From: a virus
IMG/VR virus record: IMGVR_UViG_3300044613_002638
Span: 32,001-96,000 of that record
DNA: 64,000 bases
Direction: 5' to 3' (one strand)
The position numbers and the translations under genes were made by a program. A model generated the notes under the pieces. It did no database searches. It was not told the origin of the DNA and saw only the letters and a list, made by a program, of their open reading frames with translations. Shown here piece after piece: positions 39,337-51,041 of this stretch (position 1 is the stretch's first letter; every line of letters begins with the position of its first letter).

Positions 39337-42300
39337 TGGGCATTAGAAAAGCATCAGCTCAGACCGCAGTAAACCGTGGTACTCTAGCAGCAGCAGCCGT
39401 TACTGTGAATCAGATCACTATTGCTCCTGCCACAGCCACTTCAGTTGCCGGCGGCGGGTCGCTAGGCGGAGTAACAATAAGCAATGTTGCTATCACCGAT
39501 TCCACATTTGCCAATGTGCTCAGTGGTGATACAGCAATCAGTTCTGCAGGTGGATTTGTTCGTGTCACTGGCACAGGATTCAAAACCAATGCCAATGTGT
39601 TTTTTGGCAACACGCTTTGTGCAAATACATTTATAAATTCCACACAGATAAATGCCAACATACCTGCTAGTTCTAATGGAAGCTATCAATTTACCGTGTT
39701 TAATACCGACGGCACAGGCGGCATATGGGTGCCAGGACTGGCAGTGTCTGGACCACCCGCATGGACGCAAACCACATATTCAGCAACTTCATTGACATTA
39801 AACATTCAATTGTTAGCATCAGGCGACGCACCACTGACATATTACATACAACCAGGCAGCGCAAATCCGCAGAATTTGGCTGTGAGCACGTCGGGCTTGC
39901 TAACCGGCACGGTGCCAACTGATGGCAGCTATGACCTTACTGTAATTGTAGATGATGCACAAGCACAATCAGTGCAGGCCACTATCAGTATCGCAGTCAG
40001 TACATTTGATACATATTTTAATTTAACCACACTAGCATTGCCAGCAGATACTGGTGCCAATGTATGGATTCGCGATTCAAGTACCAATGATTTTAATTTA
40101 ACTGTGAATGGCGATGCTAGGCCCTCGAAGGTTAGTCCTTATCTTGCCAACTGGAGTAACTTCTTTGATGGCAATGGTGACAGAATACAAATTGCCAATA
40201 CCTCCGCGCTGGATTTTGGAACTGGGGATTTCACAATTGAATGCTGGGTTTACAGCGTAGCTTCGTTAACAAGTTATAGCCTAGAATATGCGCACCTATT
40301 GGGAAAAGGTAATGGCAACGGAGGCGGAACCTACGCATTAAGTTTTTATCAATCAAAGATATATTTCGCCGGTATACCATTACAAGGAGCTACAACTTTA
40401 TCTGCTGGAGTGTGGTATCATTTTGCAGCCACAAGGAGTGGATCAACCTTCAGACTTTTTGTGAACGGTGTGCAGGATGCCACAACAACAAACTCAACCA
40501 ATTTTACAAGTTCAGAATCTTTCAATATTGGCGATCGCCGAAACGGCGACCCTAGTGCCAATTATCCTTTCAATGGTTACATATCTAATGTTCGTGTAGT
40601 CAAGGGCACGGCACTTTATACAAGTAACTTTACTCCTTCGACTACACCATTAACTGCGGTGGCAAATACACAACTTTTAACGTGTCAAAGCAATAGGTTC
40701 AGAGATAATAGCACAAATGCTTTTGCTGTTACAGTAGAAGGTAATACCACTGTACAAACGTTCGCTCCATTTATAGAAACTGACCAAAATATAGGTAGCG
40801 GTTATTTTGATGGCACAGGAGACTTTATATCGCTGACAAATAGCGCACCTGTGAATTTTGGGTCTAGCAATTTTACTGTGGAATTTTGGGTATATCCAAC
40901 TAAGTTGGGTGCTGCGATGGTATTTTTCTCTACTAAAGCTGACAGTACGCAGACTGGAGATGTTGATATCAGAACTGACTACATTGGCGCAACCACTACA
41001 ACATTTTATGTTTCCGGCGGCGGCGGTTCAATAACCACAACGTTTACTGGTTGTTTTATTAATCAGTGGACACATATTGCATTGGCCAGAAACGGCGCTA
41101 CAGTTACTCTTTATTTTAATGGCACGGTAGCTGCATCAACTAGTGGAGGTACTCAAGGAACTAGCAACTTGGCTGGTATACGTATAGGTGGAGGGTCAGG
41201 ATTGCCTGCTGCAGGGTATGAAAGTACCACCGGATACATCGCTGATTTTCGTATCATAAACGGATCTACTGCATATACAGGGGCATTTACTCCGCCTAGT
41301 ATAAGTCTTACTGCTGTAGCTAATACTAGTTTCTTATCGCTGCAATATCCACAAGGTGAAAACAATCAGAGATTTGTAGATCAAAGCACAAATAGATTTG
41401 TGATCAATCGTAACGGTAGTAATACCACGCAAGGTACATTCAGCCCGTTTAGCCAGACGGGGTGGAGTAATTTCTTTGATGGAAGTGGGGATTTCTTAAG
41501 TTGGAACTCTGGTAGTTCTGTTGCTTTTGGTACTGGAGATTTTACCGTAGAGGCATTTGTTTATGTCACCAGTACGCCAAACACAAAATATATTATTGAT
41601 GCGCGGGATTCATCAAATACGGGCGCATGGGCATTTGCGTTTGGATTAGGCGGTATTGGTTACAAGTTGGGATTCTTTGACGGCACAACTACGATTGAAG
41701 AAGCCACAGCATCAATACCAAATAACTCTTGGCAACATTGTGTTGCTGTTCGTTCTGGAACAACATTATCTGTTTACTTGAACGGTAGTAGAGTTGCTAC
41801 TGCAACAAACTCAAAGAACCTAAATGTTTCCCCGACCACTAGTTATATTGGAACTAGATATACAGGTTCCGGTTATGACCTAGAAGGATACATTTCTAAC
41901 GTAAGAATAATAAAAGGTACTGCTGCTTATGACCCAACACAAACAACTATTACAGTACCTACTGCACAACTTACAGATGTAACAAATACTGTATTACTGA
42001 CTTGTGCAAGCAATAGGTTCTTTGACAAAAATACGCAAGCAACTGCAAAGACAATTACAGTTGCTGGCGGCACCCCGTCCGTCCAAGCCTTCAGCCCATT
42101 CGCTTCCGCTGCCGAATATAACGCAGCAGCCGTAGGTGGTAGTGGTTATTTTAATGGCATCGATTCCAATGAATTATGGGTATCAAATAATACAGGCCTC
42201 AACTTGGCCAGTGCGGCATGGACTGCGGAATGCTGGGTGTATTTAATAGGAAATTACGTCGACTACCACGCATTGTTTGCAAAAAGAGTATCTAATTCAG

Positions 42301-43256
42301 GTACAACCAGCTACGAAGGCTTCATAAACATAACCACTGGCGCATTAGCATATTACAACGGCACTATCTACGCCTCTTCTGGTATAGTTCCTCGTTTTGC
42401 GTGGTCGCATTGTGCGTGGTCTCATAACGGAACAACGCTTAAAATGTTCCTTAATGGTGCCGAAGTGTTTAGCCAAAATATTGCTGTTGTTGAACAAAAT
42501 GTACCGTTGTATATTGGTGGACTTTTGGGCTATGCAGGAGAAAATTTCAACGGATATATGGCAGATTTCAGGATAGTTAAAGGTACTGCCGTCTATACCT
42601 CCTCTTTTACTCCACCAACTGCGCCATTGACTAACATCGCTAACACTCAACTTCTCTTAAACTTTACTAATGCCGGAATTGTGGACGTCACCGCCAAGAA
42701 TGCACTTGAGGCAGTAGGGGGTGCAAGAGTTTCTAGAGTACAAAGCAAATTTGGTGGTAGTTCATTGGCGTTTGATGGAACGGGGGATTACCTAGCGTTG
42801 CCTAACTCTGTCAACCTAGATCAAACAGGTGATTTCACTCAAGAGTGCTGGTATTACAGAAGTGGCGCAGGAGATGGCAACTTAGATGTCATATTCATTA
42901 AGAACGTTACAAACTACCTATATCTTGCCGTTGATAGAAACAGCTTAAACAAAGTCGTTGTCAACCAACACAATGTTGGTAGCTTAATAACCGGCACAAC
43001 GCAAACGGTAACTAATACTTGGTATCACTTGGCGGTCACAAGAAGTGGGAGCAGCGTCAGGCTATTTGTGAATGGTACTCAAGAAGGATCAACAACAACC
43101 TATTCAACCAATACAAGTGGTAGTGCTGCTTCTTATGCTGGCGGCTTCCCTGCTGCTCATGGTCTTAACGGTTACATAGACGACCTACGCATCACCCGTT
43201 TCGCCCGTTACACCGCTAACTTTACACCACCCACAGCTACTTTCAAATTAAGATAA
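39336..43256 (+). CDS. Ig-like plus about 5 LamG/ConA-like domain adhesin, cassette 4
   Basis: IPT/Ig-like N-terminal part, then repeated LamG domains; the C-terminus matches 33592. Confidence 0.8.
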   Translation: MGIRKASAQTAVNRGTLAAAAVTVNQITIAPATATSVAGGGSLGGVTISNVAITDSTFANVLSGDTAISSAGGFVRVTGTGFKTNANVFFGNTLCANTFINSTQINANIPASSNGSYQFTVFNTDGTGGIWVPGLAVSGPPAWTQTTYSATSLTLNIQLLASGDAPLTYYIQPGSANPQNLAVSTSGLLTGTVPTDGSYDLTVIVDDAQAQSVQATISIAVSTFDTYFNLTTLALPADTGANVWIRDSSTNDFNLTVNGDARPSKVSPYLANWSNFFDGNGDRIQIANTSALDFGTGDFTIECWVYSVASLTSYSLEYAHLLGKGNGNGGGTYALSFYQSKIYFAGIPLQGATTLSAGVWYHFAATRSGSTFRLFVNGVQDATTTNSTNFTSSESFNIGDRRNGDPSANYPFNGYISNVRVVKGTALYTSNFTPSTTPLTAVANTQLLTCQSNRFRDNSTNAFAVTVEGNTTVQTFAPFIETDQNIGSGYFDGTGDFISLTNSAPVNFGSSNFTVEFWVYPTKLGAAMVFFSTKADSTQTGDVDIRTDYIGATTTTFYVSGGGGSITTTFTGCFINQWTHIALARNGATVTLYFNGTVAASTSGGTQGTSNLAGIRIGGGSGLPAAGYESTTGYIADFRIINGSTAYTGAFTPPSISLTAVANTSFLSLQYPQGENNQRFVDQSTNRFVINRNGSNTTQGTFSPFSQTGWSNFFDGSGDFLSWNSGSSVAFGTGDFTVEAFVYVTSTPNTKYIIDARDSSNTGAWAFAFGLGGIGYKLGFFDGTTTIEEATASIPNNSWQHCVAVRSGTTLSVYLNGSRVATATNSKNLNVSPTTSYIGTRYTGSGYDLEGYISNVRIIKGTAAYDPTQTTITVPTAQLTDVTNTVLLTCASNRFFDKNTQATAKTITVAGGTPSVQAFSPFASAAEYNAAAVGGSGYFNGIDSNELWVSNNTGLNLASAAWTAECWVYLIGNYVDYHALFAKRVSNSGTTSYEGFINITTGALAYYNGTIYASSGIVPRFAWSHCAWSHNGTTLKMFLNGAEVFSQNIAVVEQNVPLYIGGLLGYAGENFNGYMADFRIVKGTAVYTSSFTPPTAPLTNIANTQLLLNFTNAGIVDVTAKNALEAVGGARVSRVQSKFGGSSLAFDGTGDYLALPNSVNLDQTGDFTQECWYYRSGAGDGNLDVIFIKNVTNYLYLAVDRNSLNKVVVNQHNVGSLITGTTQTVTNTWYHLAVTRSGSSVRLFVNGTQEGSTTTYSTNTSGSAASYAGGFPAAHGLNGYIDDLRITRFARYTANFTPPTATFKLR

Positions 43257-43276
43257 GTATGTAAAAAGGTCAAACG

Positions 43277-43807
43277 ATGTCATTTCCAACCAATCCTGCT
43301 AACGGCCAAACCACTACAGTAAATGGTATCACTTACATTTACAATCAAACAAATAATGCTTGGAAGAGACAAACATTAACAGATATTGTTACCACTGGTA
43401 ATATCACTGCGTCATATTTCACCCTTCTTTCGGGTATTAATTTTTCTGACAACAGCACAATTACATCTGCTGCTGTGTATGATCTTGACGAAATCTATCC
43501 TGATGGTACAATTAATACATTCGTTCCTAGGTATAATCAAAGTCAGGTCACATTAACCAGTCCTTGGAATTTACTGGTAACAATAAACGGCATTTTTCAG
43601 CCGGCGTTTGCTGAAAACTCGGATACGGTTTGGTTGAGCTCAACACTTTGCGCCAGTAGGGGCTATACCATATCCTCGGGCAATATAAAATTTGCAGATT
43701 CACCCCCGGCTGGAACTGTAGTTAATGCCCGGACTCAACCAGGCTCTAGTAATCCTACCCTAAAAATATACCCATTCAAACCAGTTGATATTGTGTTGGG
43801 TATGTAA
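43277..43807 (+). CDS. MxFPxxPxNG-family structural protein
   Basis: N-terminus MSFPTNPANG; variant promoter TAAGTA at 43254. Confidence 0.65.
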   Translation: MSFPTNPANGQTTTVNGITYIYNQTNNAWKRQTLTDIVTTGNITASYFTLLSGINFSDNSTITSAAVYDLDEIYPDGTINTFVPRYNQSQVTLTSPWNLLVTINGIFQPAFAENSDTVWLSSTLCASRGYTISSGNIKFADSPPAGTVVNARTQPGSSNPTLKIYPFKPVDIVLGM

Positions 43808-43837
43808 CAGCTAAATAAGGTATATATCGGAGCAACC

Positions 43838-46800
43838 ATGGCTAGAAAAGCGATTTTAGACACTTATTATACATTTATACCAAGTACAAGAACTATTATT
43901 ATACCTAGATCTTTACCTAGAGAGCGTTTTGTACTGATTACCAATGTAACTACAAATCAAGTAATTTTTAATTTTTCAGATGCTAGTTTAACAATTACCG
44001 GTCATAGCATTACTACTGATGCTGTGAACAATACCATAACCACTATTGTGTTGGCATATAACACTAGCGGCATGACCAGCACCGACAAACTGCAAATTAT
44101 CATTGACGAATTTGACGAAAGTTTTAAACCTTCAGAATTATACACAGATCCTGTAAACAAATTTAGAACAAGTACACCGCAGGCATTAATTGATACTGAC
44201 TTTGAATATAGCACACAAGCTACTAAATGGGAAAGTCTTGGTTTAACTAACAATCGTCCGTTTGCATCATGGAATACAAATAACCCAATTACCATCACTG
44301 GTGTTAATGTTACCAATGGTTCTAGAACAGTCACAGTACTAACTTCCAGTCCACCGGCTGCAGGAACACCAGTTTTTATTGTTGACACACTATTCGCAGG
44401 TGCAGATGGTTTATACATCATTGACAGTATTAGTGCTGGAACCAGTTTTTCATACACAGCTCGCAGTGCATTCACTGGTGTGACTGGTTCAATTTTTGTC
44501 AGCGGTGTCACTGCTGCATACAGCGGAACTTTGTTTAGTAATGCCGCTATCACTTTTAGCAGCATTGGGTTTAGTGGTAACTTGGTTAACGTAGTGACAT
44601 CAGTGCCACATGGTTTAGCAGTTGGCAACGAAATAGCAGTGTCTGGCACCAACCAGACTAACGCAAACGGATCATGGGTTGTATCAGGTGTAGGAAATAG
44701 TTTTTCTTTCAGTTATTATACAGTCAACGCTCCGGCTGGTAATCCCACTGGTGGCAATGTTTATGTAAGACCCCAAGGTGCTTTCCAACATCGCGCCTAT
44801 GACGGCGGTGTACAATTCAGTACATTTACCTCAAGTCATAACGAACAAATTATTAGACAAACTCGTAGATACTTCCGTTACCAGTCAGGTAAAGGTTTGC
44901 AAATGAGCACTGGCTCTACAATGAAGCCTAGTATTCAAGTTGACAGTATTACAAGCAGCGGTACCACAGTCACAGTGATAACCAAACAAGCTCAGTTTGT
45001 ACAACCAGGTTTAAACATAATTATAGCTGGCTGCAATGAAACAGCTTACAATGGCAGTTTCACAGTGGTGCAAAGCTTAGATAGATATAGATTTACATAT
45101 ACTGCTGCAAGTACGCCAAGCAGCGCCATCGCTACTGGTTTTCCGCAATTGACTGTGAATAATTGGGTAGGAGCAAGTATTAGACTAGGAATGTTTGACG
45201 ATCAAAACGGATTGTTCTTTGAATTTGATGGTCAGCAATTATACGCAGTCAAAAGAAGCTCTACGTATCAAATTGGTTCATTGGGGAATGTGGCAGTAGG
45301 AGGTGCAGTGGTATCTGCAGCTACTAACAATGGTGCTACCCCCATTTTTGCTAAACAGCTGAGTCCAAATGACTTCATTAATATCAAAGGTATGACCTAT
45401 CGTGTGGTTGATATTACATCAGATTCCAGTTTTACAATCACACCACCATATCGTGGTTTGATAGCAGCTAACAATGCAGTAATTACAAAAACTATAGATC
45501 AAAGAATCTCACAAAGTCAATGGAACATTGATCGAGTTGATGGTACTGGGCCTAGCGGATACAGATTAGATCTAGGTCGTATGCAGATGTTTTATATTGA
45601 TTATTCCTGGTACGGTGCAGGATTTATCCGTTGGGGTTTCCGTGGCACCAATGGAGATATCATATACTGCCACAAACAAGCCAATAACAATATAAACTAT
45701 GAAGCTTACATGCGTTCAGGTAACTTGCCAGGTAGATATGAAGTCAATACCCTAAGTAAGTATACAATATTGTCTTCTAGTCTAGGAACTGGCGATGCTA
45801 CTATAAATGTAGCAGATCATTTAGAGTTTCCTGCTGCAGGCACCTTATGGGTGCATAACCAGACCGCAAGTGAATTTGTTACATATACAGGAAAAAGTGG
45901 TGCAGCATTATTAAGTTTTAATCTTACTTCAGGCAGTACCACAATAACTGGCACTAATACTACCGGAATTTCTACAGGACAATATGTAGTTGCCAATGGT
46001 ATCCCGTCGGGAACTACTGTGCAAAGTGTGGTAACAAACACGTCAGTGACACTGAGTCAACCTGCCACATTTACCTCTACACAAACAGTTACATTTGGTC
46101 CAACCTTCACTGGATTAACTAGAGGCAGTCCAGGTGTAACACAAACTGTAGTTCAAACTGCCAACAGCGCAGTTGTGACAGCAAGTAACACAATTAATGT
46201 AAGAGTTGGACAGTATGTAGTAGGTACTGGTATTCCTGCAGACACGTTTGTAGCTAGTGTTTCCACAAACACAAGTGTCACATTGACCGAGGCAGCAACT
46301 TCGTCGACTACGCAAGCAATGATTTTTAGCACAATGGGAACCGGTGGTCCACAGAGCTTTACCTATAGTAACACAGCTCCGGTGGCAGTAGAACTACACA
46401 GTCCCAGCTTTAGTCCTACTATCAGTCACTGGGGTACTAGTGTTATCATGGACGGCCGTTATGATGATGATAAATCATTTGTGTTTACCCAAGGTATGAC
46501 GTCTACCCTTGCCATTGCGTCAGGAGCTACGAATGCTTTACTAAGCTTTAGAATTGCTCCTAGTGTGAGTAATGGTTTGGCCGGTGGCACACTAGGTTCT
46601 AGAGAACTTATAAATCGTATGCAGATGGTTTTACGACAGTTGGACTTTACAAGCACTGGCCAATTCTTGGTGACACTTGTTCTAAATGGCTTTGCAGGCA
46701 ATGGCTCGGTCAGCTGGCAGTCAGTGGGTGGTTCTAGCTTGGCCCAATATGTGCCTCATCAAGGAGGCACAACCCTAACCGGCGGTGAAACAATTTATGG

Positions 46801-47023
46801 ATTTTATCTAAATACAGCCGGTGGTTCTAACTTTACAACTACACAGCAAGAATTAGAGTTGGTAAGAGATATGGGATCAAGCATACTAGGTGGTGGAGAA
46901 TCTAGGAGCAATACTGCGTTTTACCCCAATGGTCCAGATATCATTACCATCATGGTTCGTAATATTGGATCATCAACCGCGTCATGTGCGTGTCGACTGT
47001 CATGGACTGAGGCGCAAGCATAA
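43838..47023 (+). CDS. Large virion structural protein with repeated beta domains
   Basis: 1061 aa; repeated 'TVTV...HGL.VG..I...G...NG...V' units; late promoter at 43812. Confidence 0.65.
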   Translation: MARKAILDTYYTFIPSTRTIIIPRSLPRERFVLITNVTTNQVIFNFSDASLTITGHSITTDAVNNTITTIVLAYNTSGMTSTDKLQIIIDEFDESFKPSELYTDPVNKFRTSTPQALIDTDFEYSTQATKWESLGLTNNRPFASWNTNNPITITGVNVTNGSRTVTVLTSSPPAAGTPVFIVDTLFAGADGLYIIDSISAGTSFSYTARSAFTGVTGSIFVSGVTAAYSGTLFSNAAITFSSIGFSGNLVNVVTSVPHGLAVGNEIAVSGTNQTNANGSWVVSGVGNSFSFSYYTVNAPAGNPTGGNVYVRPQGAFQHRAYDGGVQFSTFTSSHNEQIIRQTRRYFRYQSGKGLQMSTGSTMKPSIQVDSITSSGTTVTVITKQAQFVQPGLNIIIAGCNETAYNGSFTVVQSLDRYRFTYTAASTPSSAIATGFPQLTVNNWVGASIRLGMFDDQNGLFFEFDGQQLYAVKRSSTYQIGSLGNVAVGGAVVSAATNNGATPIFAKQLSPNDFINIKGMTYRVVDITSDSSFTITPPYRGLIAANNAVITKTIDQRISQSQWNIDRVDGTGPSGYRLDLGRMQMFYIDYSWYGAGFIRWGFRGTNGDIIYCHKQANNNINYEAYMRSGNLPGRYEVNTLSKYTILSSSLGTGDATINVADHLEFPAAGTLWVHNQTASEFVTYTGKSGAALLSFNLTSGSTTITGTNTTGISTGQYVVANGIPSGTTVQSVVTNTSVTLSQPATFTSTQTVTFGPTFTGLTRGSPGVTQTVVQTANSAVVTASNTINVRVGQYVVGTGIPADTFVASVSTNTSVTLTEAATSSTTQAMIFSTMGTGGPQSFTYSNTAPVAVELHSPSFSPTISHWGTSVIMDGRYDDDKSFVFTQGMTSTLAIASGATNALLSFRIAPSVSNGLAGGTLGSRELINRMQMVLRQLDFTSTGQFLVTLVLNGFAGNGSVSWQSVGGSSLAQYVPHQGGTTLTGGETIYGFYLNTAGGSNFTTTQQELELVRDMGSSILGGGESRSNTAFYPNGPDIITIMVRNIGSSTASCACRLSWTEAQA

Positions 47024-47634
47024 TGCTTAATTCGCAGTCTTTTCCGATCCTGCCAATTGGGACTGAATCGACAAATTATTACCTATCATTGCAACCTAGT
47101 ATATCGGGGAGAAGCACAAATCAATATGTTTCAAGTGCGCTCTCCTTCGTTCCTGGTTCTGGCACCTTTACGGCGCCAACAGTTAATATACTTTCTCAAA
47201 CTATCAGTATCAATAGTAATACCGGGGCGTTGGTAGTCAAGGGCGGAGTTGGCATAAATGGAAATCTAAATTTAACAGGAACTGCTTTTATAGGTAATGT
47301 GTCTGCTACAAATACTGTGGTGTTTCCTACTGAATTCAATAACAGCATTTCAGGACCTGTGTTTACTATTGATTGGCGAAATAGACAAAAACAAAATCTA
47401 ACCCTTACTGCAAACTGTGTTTTATCATACACTGCTCCAATTGGTGTAGGTAATTTTATTTTAAAATTAATTCAAGATGGTACCGGAGGTAGATTTGTAA
47501 CCTGGCCCACAGGAACACGCTGGCCAGGGGCAGTGGCACCAACACTAACTACAACACCAAATGCTGTAGATATTGTGAGCATTTATTATGATGGCACAAA
47601 CTATTATTCTCAATTTGGTTTAAACTTTGGTTAA
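47023..47634 (+). CDS. Short fibre-like protein
   Basis: TGALVVKGGVGI module plus C-terminal 'QDGTGGR.VTWP...AVDIVS' domain. Confidence 0.62.
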   Translation: MLNSQSFPILPIGTESTNYYLSLQPSISGRSTNQYVSSALSFVPGSGTFTAPTVNILSQTISINSNTGALVVKGGVGINGNLNLTGTAFIGNVSATNTVVFPTEFNNSISGPVFTIDWRNRQKQNLTLTANCVLSYTAPIGVGNFILKLIQDGTGGRFVTWPTGTRWPGAVAPTLTTTPNAVDIVSIYYDGTNYYSQFGLNFG

Positions 47635-48177
47635 ATGTCCTATCGCACCTTACCAGACAGTCTTGTTGTAGATCCAATAACCTCAAATAGCTATGTGCTC
47701 ACCTACGGATTTTATAACACATCCACTGACGTAAGCACACTAGTTGCCAATATCACAGCAACTATTAATGAATATATATTTGCAAACAGTTCTGCCAACG
47801 TGCGAGTTTACTCTGTTTTACAAATATCCCGATTTGCAACAATAGGAGATGCACAAGAAGGGCCACCGCCTACATATACCTATCAACTTACTCCTAACAT
47901 TTCATTGAATTTTGGCGCTACTTCTGTTTCGCTATATAATTCGTTGTCTTCTACTATAGTGGCCGGCGGGGCCAGTGGCGTGTACAGCAATGGATCAATA
48001 GTGGTTGATACTTTTGTTAGCACCACTTTGCCGCTTGGTTTTAGATATAATACTTGGGCATTGACTGCAACCATAACAACGGCAATAGTAGAACCTGTGC
48101 AGACTTTTGCTAACACTGCCACAAGATTAGTGAATTTACAAGGACCCAACGCAATTTATTTTGGCATGAATTTCTAA
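47635..48177 (+). CDS. Hypothetical S/T-rich virion protein
   Basis: Coupled to the previous gene; fibre-like composition. Confidence 0.5.
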   Translation: MSYRTLPDSLVVDPITSNSYVLTYGFYNTSTDVSTLVANITATINEYIFANSSANVRVYSVLQISRFATIGDAQEGPPPTYTYQLTPNISLNFGATSVSLYNSLSSTIVAGGASGVYSNGSIVVDTFVSTTLPLGFRYNTWALTATITTAIVEPVQTFANTATRLVNLQGPNAIYFGMNF

Positions 48178-48182
48178 AACAA

Positions 48183-49214
48183 ATGGACCCAACCACCAAA
48201 GTTTATACACTTTACGAAAAAGAAACACTACGCATTTTACAATTTTTTCAACCTAATGTCCCTCCTGTAACACCTGAGCAATATTTTGAGGAAAGATTAC
48301 GTTGCGATCCAGAATGTATAGGACGACCTGCAGATCAATTTGATGTCATTGTAGATGAACGATCGGCGTTTGAATCTGCAATGAAGGAAGCAGAAAATTA
48401 TATTATAAGTGTTGATCCTGGTAAAAAAAGATTAGTATATAATCTATTCAAACTAGTAATTAAAAATAAAACCTATAATACCCAAAGTATTAAACGAATG
48501 TTTTCATTTGAAGAAATTAAAAAAATGTATTACGAAGACTATATAAATTTTAATATGAAAAATTTTATTCGGTCAAAAAATCTTGTGGTTAAGTTTAATT
48601 ATCTATCAGATTTGAAATTGCGTAGTCATATGTTCAACAAAAATTGGAAATATTTTCATTATGATCCGTTTTTGGTAGATTCTCACAGCGATAAAACTGT
48701 ACTGGGTCGGGATATTTTACAAAATGGTACATACTATCCATTAGTAGTTGGACCCTTAATTGAAGATAAACCAAATGAGAAATATGTGTTTGAAGGTAAT
48801 CATAGAGCTGCCTCGTTGAAGTTGCTTCAAATGGAAGGTCTGGTACCGGAAGATTATAAAATCTGTTGTATAGAATACAAACAAAATTATGAAATGACAC
48901 AGCACAGAATGCGTTATCAAAGTTTACAAACTCCGTTTCAAATTCGTGGAATAATAGAATTAGTGTACGGTAATGTGATTTTAGTTGACGACTTAAAATA
49001 TCAAGCAGCTTTGAAATCTTTGCAAGAGGATGGAGGGCGAATGGTTGATGATTACACTATAGAATGGACCGGTTGCACTTATGATGATATTTTGTTTGCT
49101 TGTCAAACTTATCCTCATTGGCTACGAGATTTATTGTATCCGTATAAATCTAGCATTTTACCTAGCCCAGTATTCAATAACGAGAACGCATTCAATGAGT
49201 GGATAAATGAATGA
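48183..49214 (+). CDS. Hypothetical protein with ParB/sulfiredoxin-like motif
   Basis: 'YYPLVV...YVFEGNHRAASL' resembles the ParB/Srx GxHR motif. Confidence 0.5.
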   Translation: MDPTTKVYTLYEKETLRILQFFQPNVPPVTPEQYFEERLRCDPECIGRPADQFDVIVDERSAFESAMKEAENYIISVDPGKKRLVYNLFKLVIKNKTYNTQSIKRMFSFEEIKKMYYEDYINFNMKNFIRSKNLVVKFNYLSDLKLRSHMFNKNWKYFHYDPFLVDSHSDKTVLGRDILQNGTYYPLVVGPLIEDKPNEKYVFEGNHRAASLKLLQMEGLVPEDYKICCIEYKQNYEMTQHRMRYQSLQTPFQIRGIIELVYGNVILVDDLKYQAALKSLQEDGGRMVDDYTIEWTGCTYDDILFACQTYPHWLRDLLYPYKSSILPSPVFNNENAFNEWINE

Positions 49215-50202
49215 GCTCAGACACATAAGGCGAGTAGACATAGAATTACATAGTTTTTGTAATAGAACTTGTGATTGGTGTCCTAACAAAACCTATTTAC
49301 GAAACAAACAAGTTGTAATGGAAGATTGGTTGTTCTCTAAAATTCTTAGAGAACTAAACGAGTTTGGGTTTGGTCAGGATAGACAATTCGTCAACCGTAG
49401 AACAAGTGCTAGTACATTCAAAAATTATTATAGAGATTTTACAGAAAATCAACCAGTAGTTAGCTTCTTGGGTTATATGGAGCCAATGAGCGATATTAAA
49501 CTACTAAAAAAAAGAGTCAATGAAGCAAGTGAAACTTTAAATAATTTTGTTGAATTGGTATCAAACACTAGCGGCGATTATATTTCTAAAAAAAACTTAG
49601 ACGGATTACTCTTGACTACTTTAAACATTATGGACTACGATTGCCAAGGCAGAGAATTTTGGGAACATAAGTTAAAAGAAGCAGGTTGTCTGATTATAGA
49701 TGACGAAAATATAGGGTATAACGGAGTGATAGCTTTACATAAAACAATTGGCAATATTAGAGTTCAACTTGATTGGCCAAAAAATTGGCTCCTGGAAAAT
49801 AGAGGTGGTGCAATTTCACGCGACGAACAATCATTGGTACAAATGAATTGGAAAAATAATGCGGTTGAAAGAAAAGTACCATGCGTAGAACCTAGTTATT
49901 TTATAAACATTACATATGATGGTAACGTAATGCCATGTTGCCATCTAAGATCTGACATTCCAATGCATAAAGATTATATTCTAGGTAATCTTAGAGATCA
50001 AACTTTGAATGAAATATTTTATGGCGAGAAAGCAGTGTCTTTTAGAGAGTCGTTGACTAAAGAAAACGGGTTTTATCCTAAACCATGTACAAACTGCCAG
50101 AAAATAAGAAACGGAGTTTGCACAGGATCGCCCAATGGCTTTGACTATATAGGTCAAAGATACGCTAATAATGAAATAAATGAAAACATTTTTTTTACAT
50201 GA
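49207..50202 (+). CDS. Radical SAM/SPASM protein
   Basis: CNRTCDWC; C-terminal CVEP...DGNVMPCC...CTNC. Confidence 0.87.
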   Translation: MNELRHIRRVDIELHSFCNRTCDWCPNKTYLRNKQVVMEDWLFSKILRELNEFGFGQDRQFVNRRTSASTFKNYYRDFTENQPVVSFLGYMEPMSDIKLLKKRVNEASETLNNFVELVSNTSGDYISKKNLDGLLLTTLNIMDYDCQGREFWEHKLKEAGCLIIDDENIGYNGVIALHKTIGNIRVQLDWPKNWLLENRGGAISRDEQSLVQMNWKNNAVERKVPCVEPSYFINITYDGNVMPCCHLRSDIPMHKDYILGNLRDQTLNEIFYGEKAVSFRESLTKENGFYPKPCTNCQKIRNGVCTGSPNGFDYIGQRYANNEINENIFFT

Positions 50203-51041
50203 TTAAATTAATAGAAATAGAAGTATACAATTACTGTAACAGGAAATGTTCTTTTTGTCCTAATTCTTTACAGTCTAGTAGGCAAGATAGAAAAAATGTA
50301 AAAATTTTAGATTATTACAAATTTACTTCTTTGATAGATCAACTAAAAGAAATAAATTATTCCAACACAATCTCTTTTTCTAGATATAACGAACCCTTGG
50401 CTTTTTATGATTTAACAAAAAAATATGTTGACTATATCAAACAGAATCTTGATTGTAAAATTGTGTCAAATACAAATGGAGATTATTTAAACATAGAAAA
50501 TATTGAACTTTTTGATGAACTTACTATAATGGACTACGCAGGCAAAGGCAAGGAATGGTGGAAAAGAAAAGTAAAAAACTTGAATTTAAATTTTGTTGAC
50601 AGCAAAAGCAGTGCTGAATTTTTATATTTTGAAACAATTAGCAAAAAAAATATTTTGATTTTCTTAAATTTTAAAAATAATGCCACTATAGAAGATAGAG
50701 GCGGAGTAATAAAATTAAATTCTCTCAAATATAAAAATAACGGCGATCTTAGAACTAGACCTTGTTTTGAACCAAAAAAATTTTTAGGTATAGACTATGA
50801 CGGATCGGTTATGATTTGTTGTAATATGAATAGCGAATTTCATAATGATTATTCTATTGGAAATATATATAACATTACGCTAAATGAAATCTTAAACAGC
50901 GACAAAAGAAAACATTTTATAGATATTATGTCTAATGAAAATTATCATAATTATTTGAATCCATGTAAAAATTGTCAAAAAGATCCAGGCAGATATACTA
51001 GAGATACCCCAGGGATTTTTTATCAAGGCGAAAGAAAATGA
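50199..51041 (+). CDS. Radical SAM/SPASM protein (paralog of upstream gene)
   Basis: CNRKCSFC; CFEP...DGSVMICC...CKNC; shares IMDY and ExRGG motifs with 49207. Confidence 0.87.
   Translation: MIKLIEIEVYNYCNRKCSFCPNSLQSSRQDRKNVKILDYYKFTSLIDQLKEINYSNTISFSRYNEPLAFYDLTKKYVDYIKQNLDCKIVSNTNGDYLNIENIELFDELTIMDYAGKGKEWWKRKVKNLNLNFVDSKSSAEFLYFETISKKNILIFLNFKNNATIEDRGGVIKLNSLKYKNNGDLRTRPCFEPKKFLGIDYDGSVMICCNMNSEFHNDYSIGNIYNITLNEILNSDKRKHFIDIMSNENYHNYLNPCKNCQKDPGRYTRDTPGIFYQGERK

Noticed and set aside
28174-43256. Diversity-generating retroelement or invertase shufflon acting on the adhesins
   Set aside because: There is no reverse transcriptase or recombinase in the window, no adenine-specific template/variable repeat pair was seen, and all cassettes are co-oriented.
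9533-48149. Many minus-strand and alternate-frame ORFs (e.g. 16003-16497, 24201-25130, 44002-44652)
   Set aside because: These are shadows of long + strand genes with biased codon use; they have no RBS, promoter or recognisable motifs.
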